From an uncultured Actinomycetes bacterium (GTDB taxonomy: Bacteria > Actinomycetota > Acidimicrobiia > Spongiisociales > ZC4RG35): a DNA stretch of 64,000 nt. This document shows, piece by piece, positions 56,597-64,000 of this stretch. Within the stretch, counting starts at the first letter, position 1; every line of letters begins with the position of its first letter. Location: positions 3,330-67,329 of the forward strand of contig CALKIG010000114.1 in the NCBI GenBank assembly GCA_937989945.1, written 5' to 3'. The notes under the pieces were generated by a model, which worked only from the letters and a program-made list of their open reading frames with translations, searched no databases and had not been told where the DNA came from. The position numbers and the translations under genes were made by a program.

Positions 56597-58779
56597 TGTG
56601 AGGCCGGGTCGTTGGCAAGTCGGAAAGCGGTGAACACACCATCGATTCCCCGCATGTCGCTGAGGAGGCGCCCCAATTGCGTCGGATCAGAGAGCTCCAC
56701 CTCGTAGCGGAGGATTGCGACCCGATCGTCGCCGACAACGGTTGAAGATGCAGTGATGTTGGCTCCGGTCTCGGTGATCATCGTGGTGACATCCCTGAGA
56801 AGCTTCGTTCGGTCGAGAGCCTCTACCTGAATCCACACGACAAAAGCCCCCACGTCTTCAGCGGGCCAACTCACATCTACGGACCGTTCCCTCCGCTCTG
56901 CCAGCGAAGCGACGTTGGTGCAGTCAGACCTATGAACAGAAACGCCTCGCCCGACCGTCACATACCCCATGATGTCATCGCCGGGTACCGGGGAACAGCA
57001 TCGTGCCAGGTGGACCAACATGTCGTCCTGACCCTCTACGACAACGTGCGCTTCCGACCTCGTTGTGCGTTTGCGGGGCTTGAAGAGACTTGTGTCTACA
57101 TCGGGCTCGGGTCGCAGAATCCGGGCCATGCGCGTCTGAACGGAGTCGATGGAGACGTTCCCTTCGCCGACGGCAATCACCAGTGAGTCGCTATCTCGGT
57201 GTCCGAGCTCATTGGCGATGAGCCCCAGCACATCCTCCCTCTCCGACGCTGTGAGCTCCGGCGCCTCCTTGGAGAACAGCGTGTTTATCTGCTCCCGTCC
57301 CTCGGTAGTCGCCTGATCGCGTCGCTCCCTCAGGAACCACTGCTTGATCTTGGATTTTGCCCGACCTGTCCTCGCGAACTTGAGCCAGTCGCGGCTGGGC
57401 CCGGCATCCATGGACTTGGACGTGAGGACCTCGACGATGTCGCCCGAGTGCAACTTCGTGGACAGAGGGACAAGGCGGCCGTTGATCCGAGCGCCGACGC
57501 AGTGGTGGCCGACCTCGGTGTGGACCGAATAGGCAAAGTCGACCGGCGTAGCTCCCTCAGGCAAAGATTTGACGTCCCCACCCGGGGTCAGGACGAAGAC
57601 TTCATCGTGATGGAGATCGAGCTTCAGGTTGGCGAGGAACTCTTCGGGGTCCTCATCCGACATGAGGGCCTCGACATCCACCGAGGCTGCCGGCGCATGC
57701 TCTCCCTCTTTGTAACGCCAGTGTGCCGCGATACCGGCCTCAGCGCGCCAGTGCATCTCCCAGGTCCGGATTTGAATCTCGAGCGGCTTCCCGTCAGGCC
57801 CGATCACAGTCGTGTGCAGCGACTGGTAGAGATTGATCTTGGGCATGGCGATGTAGTCCTTGAACCGGCCGGCCACCGGGACCCAGTGGCTATGAACGAG
57901 CCCGAGCGCGGCATAGCAGTCTCTGGTCGAATCGACGACGATGCGTATCCCGATCAAATCATGGATCTCTTCGAACGGCCGGTTCTGTTCCATCATCTTG
58001 CGGTAGATCGAGTAGTGGTGCTTGGGCCGACCTGTGACGGTTGCATCGATGTTTGCGTCGGAGAGGATCCCACCGATCTCGGTGACCATCTTCTCGATGA
58101 ATGCCTCGCGCTCCGGTGCGAGCAAGGCCAGCTTTGCTTCGATCTCCGCCTGGGGGCCGGGAAACAGGATCGTGAAGCAGCGATCTTCAAACTCGTGCTT
58201 GATCTCCTGCACACCAAGCCGATGAGCCAGAGGCGCATAGACATCGAGGGTCTCCCGGGCGACACGCACCTGCTTCTCCTCACGAAGTGCACCGACAGTC
58301 CTGATGTTGTGCAAGCGATCGAAGAGTTTGATCAGCAGGACCCGGACGTCCTGGGCCATGGCAACGACCATCTTGCGGATGGTTGCGGCCTGCGCCTGCT
58401 CGCGGTTCGTGTAGCGGACACGGTCCAGCTTGGTCACGCCATCTATCAAGGACGCGATCTCGTCACCGAACTCCTGTCGAATCGCCTCGAGCGTCAGCTC
58501 GGTGTCCTCAACGGTGTCATGAAGGAACGCTGCGGCCACGGTCGGGGCATCGAGACCGGTTTCAGCGAGCATCAACGCAACGGCCAGCGGGTGGGTTATG
58601 TATGGAGCACCCGTTTTGCGCGATTGACCGCGGTGGGCCCGAGCGGCAACGTCATACGCCCGACGCAGGAGCTCGATGTCACCATCGGGATGATGCGATC
58701 GGTAGGCGTCGAGAACATCGACGAGCTGGACCGCAGTCTCGTCCTCAGTCGTAGCGAAGGAGGGCATGCAGGGGAACAC
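56593..58779 (-). CDS. rel: bifunctional (p)ppGpp synthetase/hydrolase (RelA/SpoT homologue)
   Basis: 728 aa. HD domain (HPLAVA...HDTVEDT), synthetase domain (YQSLHTTV, EIQIRT), TGS and ACT domains. Confidence 0.95.
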   Translation of the reverse strand: MFPCMPSFATTEDETAVQLVDVLDAYRSHHPDGDIELLRRAYDVAARAHRGQSRKTGAPYITHPLAVALMLAETGLDAPTVAAAFLHDTVEDTELTLEAIRQEFGDEIASLIDGVTKLDRVRYTNREQAQAATIRKMVVAMAQDVRVLLIKLFDRLHNIRTVGALREEKQVRVARETLDVYAPLAHRLGVQEIKHEFEDRCFTILFPGPQAEIEAKLALLAPEREAFIEKMVTEIGGILSDANIDATVTGRPKHHYSIYRKMMEQNRPFEEIHDLIGIRIVVDSTRDCYAALGLVHSHWVPVAGRFKDYIAMPKINLYQSLHTTVIGPDGKPLEIQIRTWEMHWRAEAGIAAHWRYKEGEHAPAASVDVEALMSDEDPEEFLANLKLDLHHDEVFVLTPGGDVKSLPEGATPVDFAYSVHTEVGHHCVGARINGRLVPLSTKLHSGDIVEVLTSKSMDAGPSRDWLKFARTGRAKSKIKQWFLRERRDQATTEGREQINTLFSKEAPELTASEREDVLGLIANELGHRDSDSLVIAVGEGNVSIDSVQTRMARILRPEPDVDTSLFKPRKRTTRSEAHVVVEGQDDMLVHLARCCSPVPGDDIMGYVTVGRGVSVHRSDCTNVASLAERRERSVDVSWPAEDVGAFVVWIQVEALDRTKLLRDVTTMITETGANITASSTVVGDDRVAILRYEVELSDPTQLGRLLSDMRGIDGVFTAFRLANDPASQ

Positions 58780-59269
58780 CGTCCAATTGTCGTTGACCGT
58801 TCAGGAAGACCAGCTCGATGAAGACAGAGAAACCGACCACGTCGGCGCCGAGGTGTCGCAGAAGCCGGATCGCAGCGGACGCCGTGCCTCCGGTGGCAAT
58901 CACGTCGTCGACGAGCAGAACCTTCTCGCCTTCGATGACGGCATCGGTGTGGACCTCTAGAGAGTCGATCCCGTACTCGAGCTCATACTCCTCACGCACG
59001 GTCTCATAGGGGAGTTTGCCGGGCTTGCGAAGCGGGATGAATCCGGCGCCAAGCCGCTCGGCGACCGGGGTGGCGAGTGTGAAGCCTCGCGCCTCGATAC
59101 CGGCGACTTTTGTGATCCCGCGATCTTTGAAAGGCTCGGTGAGTTTGGTTATCAGCTCATGGAATGCAGAGCCGTCGGCGAGAACGGGTGTGATGTCTTT
59201 GAAGACCACGCCCTTCTCGGGAAAGTCGGGGATATCCCGGATGAGACCGCTCAGCTTGTCCACAACCAC
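58745..59269 (-). CDS. apt: adenine phosphoribosyltransferase
   Basis: 174 aa. FPEKGVVFKDITP, PRPP motif VLLVDDVIATGGT. Confidence 0.95.
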   Translation of the reverse strand: MVVDKLSGLIRDIPDFPEKGVVFKDITPVLADGSAFHELITKLTEPFKDRGITKVAGIEARGFTLATPVAERLGAGFIPLRKPGKLPYETVREEYELEYGIDSLEVHTDAVIEGEKVLLVDDVIATGGTASAAIRLLRHLGADVVGFSVFIELVFLNGQRQLDGVPLHALLRYD

Positions 59270-59283
59270 AGTCTACGACTGCT

Positions 59284-60246
59284 TCACTTTCGTGCCGACC
59301 TGGAACGCTTCTCGGCTCGCGCCGCACGCTCGGCCCATTCATCCTCACCTTCCTTCCAGGTGGAGAGAATCGGTGCCGCCACGAAGATCGACGAATACGT
59401 GCCCACACCGATACCAACGAACAGAGCAAGGGCGAACTCACGTAGCGTCGGCGCGCCCAGTAGGAAGGCCCCAACGAAGAGGATGCTTCCGATCGGGATC
59501 AGAGAAGTGATCGAGGTGGCTAGAGAGCGCCCGAGAACGGAGTTCATCCCGTTGTTCACGATATCCCGATACGGGGTCTTCTCATCTTCGATCACGAGCT
59601 CATCGATCTTGTCGAAGACCACGACGGTGTCATAAAGCGAATACCCAAGGATCGTCAGGATTGCCACGACCGTCGCGGGAGTCACCTCGAAACCCGTGAT
59701 GGCATACACGCCGGCGGTGATCACCAGGTCGTGGATGAGGGCGACGATGCCGGCCATCGCCATCTTGAACTCGAGTCGCCAGCTGATGTAGAGAATCACG
59801 GCGCCCAGGAAGACGCCGAGGGCCACCAACGAGCGTTGCAGGACCAGAGCTCCGAACGAGGGCCCGACGGCCGATATCGAAACCTCGGCGCGATCTACTC
59901 CTGCGACGTTGGCAAGCACAGACACTGCTTCGGACTCCACCTCGGGGCTGAGCACTCCGGCGGTCACCCGAAGGGACTCGCCGTCTCCAAGCTCCTGGAT
60001 CGTGGCCCCGATGATCCCCAGCTCCTGCATCGCATCCCTGACCTCGGGGACGGTCGCCTGAGCGGGATTGGGCGTCTGCAGTGCTAGACCACCCTCGAAC
60101 TCGATACCCAGATTCAATCCTCCTCGCACCACGAATCCGGCGATCGACAACAAGATGATCACGGCCGAGATGGTGAACCAGCGGCGCCTCAGCCCCACGA
60201 AGTCGATAGTGGTCTCACTGCGCCGGAGCTTTGACCACGTGCTCAC
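59284..60246 (-). CDS. secF: protein translocase subunit SecF
   Basis: 320 aa. SecD/SecF C-terminal 6-TM domain (HDLVITAGVYA..., YDTVVVFDKI). Confidence 0.93.
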   Translation of the reverse strand: MSTWSKLRRSETTIDFVGLRRRWFTISAVIILLSIAGFVVRGGLNLGIEFEGGLALQTPNPAQATVPEVRDAMQELGIIGATIQELGDGESLRVTAGVLSPEVESEAVSVLANVAGVDRAEVSISAVGPSFGALVLQRSLVALGVFLGAVILYISWRLEFKMAMAGIVALIHDLVITAGVYAITGFEVTPATVVAILTILGYSLYDTVVVFDKIDELVIEDEKTPYRDIVNNGMNSVLGRSLATSITSLIPIGSILFVGAFLLGAPTLREFALALFVGIGVGTYSSIFVAAPILSTWKEGEDEWAERAARAEKRSRSARK

Positions 60247-61661
60247 GACGCAGCCCCCTCGACGCTGAAGCGGCCCCCTTCGGCGAGACGCGACTCAGCC
60301 AGAAGTGACACGGCCCGGCGGGTGTAGGTGCGGAATATGAAAATGTCGAGGATGTTGGCGAGCCCGAGGGCCAAGGCGAACCCCTTAACCGCACCCACGG
60401 CGAGAGCCCACAACAAAACAGCTCCGAGGAGGCTGACCGTGTCGGCCGTCAGGATGGTGCGGAAGGCAAGGCGGAAACCCTCCTCTGCAGCTTCCTCCAC
60501 CGAGAGCCCCTCCCTCACCTTGTCCTTGATTCGCTCGAAATACACGATGTCGGAGTCGGCGGTGATCCCAATGGCGACGATGATCCCCGTGACGCTGGCG
60601 AGGGTCAGTGTCAAACCTTGCACTCTGCCCAGCAACCCGAAGAGCGTTAGGAGCAGCGAGCCAAAAGCCGTGAGACCGACGATCGTCACTGTCGCCAGCG
60701 ACCGATATACGAAGAGAAGGAAGAGAGCAACGGCGGCGAGGCCAATCAGGCCAGCGATGACACCCGCCTGCAGTGAGTCTTCGCCAAGGGTCGCGGACAC
60801 CTTGGTCACCGAAGAGATCTCAAAAGCTACCGGGAGCGACCCGTAGCGAAGGGTCAGGGCGAGATCCTGAGCCTGCGTCTGATCGTCTTCACTCCGGCCC
60901 ATGGTTATCTGCGCCGTCCCACCTGTGATCCCGACGTCAGGTGAGACTGTCTGGTTGACAGCCGGCGCCGTCACTACTTCCCCGTCGAGGACGATGGCAA
61001 TCTGCCGCCTCGGGTCATTGAGTGGAAATGCCGCGGCCTGGGCAGTGAGTGCGGCGAACAGTTCAGCCCCTTCGCTGTCGAGGTCGAGCGTGACGGCCCA
61101 TACCGCCGAGTTGGGGTCGAAGACAGGCACGGCCTGGTCCACGTGCTCGCCTTGAAGGACCGCCGGGCCGAGTTCGAGGACCTGCGTCTGGATGTCAGCC
61201 TGGTCGTACAGCAACCAGACGGACTCTGCGTCGATGTCGTCTTCGATGGTCAGACCTGTTTCGGGGTCGATGTTCTCGGCGTCTGTGCCGGCCAGAGGGC
61301 CGGTGTTGCCGGGCACTGAGTCGAGAACGGGACGGAAGCTGAGCAAGCCGGTCTGGCCCACCGCGTCGATCGCACGCTGCTCATCTTCGACGCCTGGTAG
61401 CTGCACGACGACTGTGTCATCACCCGAGACCGCGATCTCCGGCTCTTGAACGGCCCCGAAGTCCTCGATACGCCGGGTCATGATCTCGGTTGCCACGTCG
61501 AGCAGCTCGGGATCGGTGCCTTCCGGCGCGGTCAGAATGACTGCCGTGCCACCCTGAAGGTCGAGGCCGAGCCTCGGAGTCGTGTCGGTGAGGATCGCCG
61601 TTGCCAGCCCTCCCCAACCGAGGAGGAGGACGACTGCGATCCCGACCAGCCGTCGGGTCAC
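60243..61661 (-). CDS. secD: protein translocase subunit SecD
   Basis: 472 aa. LGLDLQGG, periplasmic P1 domain, and a C-terminal 6-TM domain (ITADSDIVYFERIK). Confidence 0.9.
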   Translation of the reverse strand: MTRRLVGIAVVLLLGWGGLATAILTDTTPRLGLDLQGGTAVILTAPEGTDPELLDVATEIMTRRIEDFGAVQEPEIAVSGDDTVVVQLPGVEDEQRAIDAVGQTGLLSFRPVLDSVPGNTGPLAGTDAENIDPETGLTIEDDIDAESVWLLYDQADIQTQVLELGPAVLQGEHVDQAVPVFDPNSAVWAVTLDLDSEGAELFAALTAQAAAFPLNDPRRQIAIVLDGEVVTAPAVNQTVSPDVGITGGTAQITMGRSEDDQTQAQDLALTLRYGSLPVAFEISSVTKVSATLGEDSLQAGVIAGLIGLAAVALFLLFVYRSLATVTIVGLTAFGSLLLTLFGLLGRVQGLTLTLASVTGIIVAIGITADSDIVYFERIKDKVREGLSVEEAAEEGFRLAFRTILTADTVSLLGAVLLWALAVGAVKGFALALGLANILDIFIFRTYTRRAVSLLAESRLAEGGRFSVEGAAS

Positions 61662-61662
61662 T

Positions 61663-61968
61663 TCAGGATTCTTCGTTGTCGCCGGCTTTGGAGCCTATCG
61701 CCCTGCGAGCCACGCGGATCTGGCCCTGTTCCACCTGAAGGAGGACGGAATCCTCGTCGACGGTGAGCACCCGACCGTGGATCCCTCCGATCGTGCGGAT
61801 CTCGTCTCCTACTGCGAGTGATTCCGACAGCGCCTGTTGAGCCTTCTGCCGGTTGCGCTGGGGCCGGATGATGAAGAAGTAGAAGACGGCGATCATCAAG
61901 CCGAGGAAAATCAGGGTGGTCAATCCTGAGCTTCCAGTGGCTTCTTGAGCGAGTACAAAGTAAGACAA
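61663..61968 (-). CDS. yajC: preprotein translocase subunit YajC
   Basis: 101 aa. A single TM followed by RPQR.RQK....L..GD.I.T.GGI.G.V. Confidence 0.85.
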   Translation of the reverse strand: MSYFVLAQEATGSSGLTTLIFLGLMIAVFYFFIIRPQRNRQKAQQALSESLAVGDEIRTIGGIHGRVLTVDEDSVLLQVEQGQIRVARRAIGSKAGDNEES

Positions 61969-62022
61969 CGGTGCCTCCGGTTTTTTACGGACCGACGGGT
62001 CAGGTTAGGAGATCGAAGAGCT

Positions 62023-63180
<1,158 letters not shown>

Positions 63181-64000
63181 TCAGTCGAGTAGAGAAGTCT
63201 GAGTGTTGGCAGGAGCCTCCACGCCAAGATGCGAATAGGCATGCACCGTGGCGACACGGCCTCTGGGTGTCCGGTTGATCATCCCTATTTGGAGAAGGAA
63301 TGGCTCATAAGCGTCTTCGACGGTCTCCGGCTCCTCCCCAACCGCGATGGCGAGGGTTGATAGGCCTACCGGGCCTCCACCGAACTTCAGGACCAGGGCC
63401 TCCAGGATCGAGCGGTCGACCTTGTCCAGGCCCAGCGGGTCCACTTCGAAGACATCCAGGGCAGCTGCGGCAATCTCCTCGTTCAAATCTCCATCGGCGC
63501 GTGCGACCGCGTAGTCACGGACCCGGGCCAGGAGACGGTTGGCGATCCGGGGTGTCGAGCGGCTTCGCCGGGCAAGCACTTCCGCGGCGGGGCGACCGAT
63601 CTCGACGCCAATGATCGAAGCAGAGCGCACGACGATGTCGGCGAGCTCGTGGTCCTGGTAGTAGTCCAGCTTCTCCTCGATTCCGAAGCGATCACGCAAT
63701 GGTGCGGTGACTTTGCCCTTTCTCGTCGTTGCGCCGACAAGGGTGAAGCGAGGGAGGTCGAGCCGAATCGACTGCGCTGTTGGGCCTTTGCCGAGGACGA
63801 TGTCGAGCTTGAAGTCCTCCATTGCGGGATACAAGACCTCCTCGACTGCCCGGGGGAGCCGATGAATCTCATCGATGAAGAAGATGTCGCCCGGTTGCAG
63901 ATTGCTGAGGATGGCAGCCAGGTCTCCTGGACGCTCCAGCGCAGGTCCGGAGGTGACCCGGATTGCGACTCCCAGCTCGTTGGCTATGACGTTGGCGAGG
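63181..64000 (-). CDS. ruvB: Holliday junction branch-migration ATPase RuvB (C-terminal part; 5' end beyond window)
   Basis: The frame is open to the window end: ...[70 protein letters not shown]... (Walker B, sensor 1, winged-helix C-terminus). Confidence 0.95.
   Translation of the reverse strand, partial: LANVIANELGVAIRVTSGPALERPGDLAAILSNLQPGDIFFIDEIHRLPRAVEEVLYPAMEDFKLDIVLGKGPTAQSIRLDLPRFTLVGATTRKGKVTAPLRDRFGIEEKLDYYQDHELADIVVRSASIIGVEIGRPAAEVLARRSRSTPRIANRLLARVRDYAVARADGDLNEEIAAAALDVFEVDPLGLDKVDRSILEALVLKFGGGPVGLSTLAIAVGEEPETVEDAYEPFLLQIGMINRTPRGRVATVHAYSHLGVEAPANTQTSLLD

Overview
GC-rich bacterial chromosomal segment. Its gene order closely follows conserved actinobacterial synteny blocks: tyrS-mpg-pheST-rplT-rpmI-infC; ribH-ribBA-ribE-ribD; rpe-fmt-def-priA-metK-coaBC-rpoZ-gmk-mihF; pyrF-pyrD-carBA-pyrC-pyrB-pyrR; nusB-efp-aroBKC-aroE-mltG-ruvX-alaS; aspS-hisS-rel-apt-secFD-yajC-tgt-ruvB. 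The 16S sequence looks Acidimicrobiia-like, judged by eye only. Almost every gene lies on the minus strand, packing is tight, and many start/stop codons overlap by 1-4 nt. There is one rRNA operon (16S-23S-5S, minus strand, about 13742 down to 7148). No tRNA, CRISPR, IS or prophage signal was seen. The main finding is that the 23S rRNA gene is split into three exons by two paralogous group I introns, 742 nt and 708 nt long. Both contain the classical P/Q/R/S core elements, and P3 and P7 covary between the two copies. Each encodes a single-motif LAGLIDADG homing endonuclease. One intron sits at the known U1931 hot spot. The other sits between U2604 and U2605 in helix 93 next to the peptidyl-transferase centre, a site I do not recall as occupied. 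Secondary observations: an rrn leader with three stem-loops (two form a 42-nt tandem repeat whose stem covaries) directly upstream of a boxA-like element and the 16S processing stem; a PyrR-binding loop plus a coupled 15-codon uORF ahead of pyrR; an ATT-initiated infC behind a terminator/attenuator hairpin; NusB with an IF2_N-like N-terminal extension; a PriA lacking Walker A/B motifs and lacking a canonical start codon for its conserved N-terminus; a receiver-GGDDF protein inside the rib/rpe block; and a tail-less SSB-like OB-fold gene downstream of the rrn terminator. All calls rest on reading the sequence and on remembered family signatures; no database search or folding program was run.
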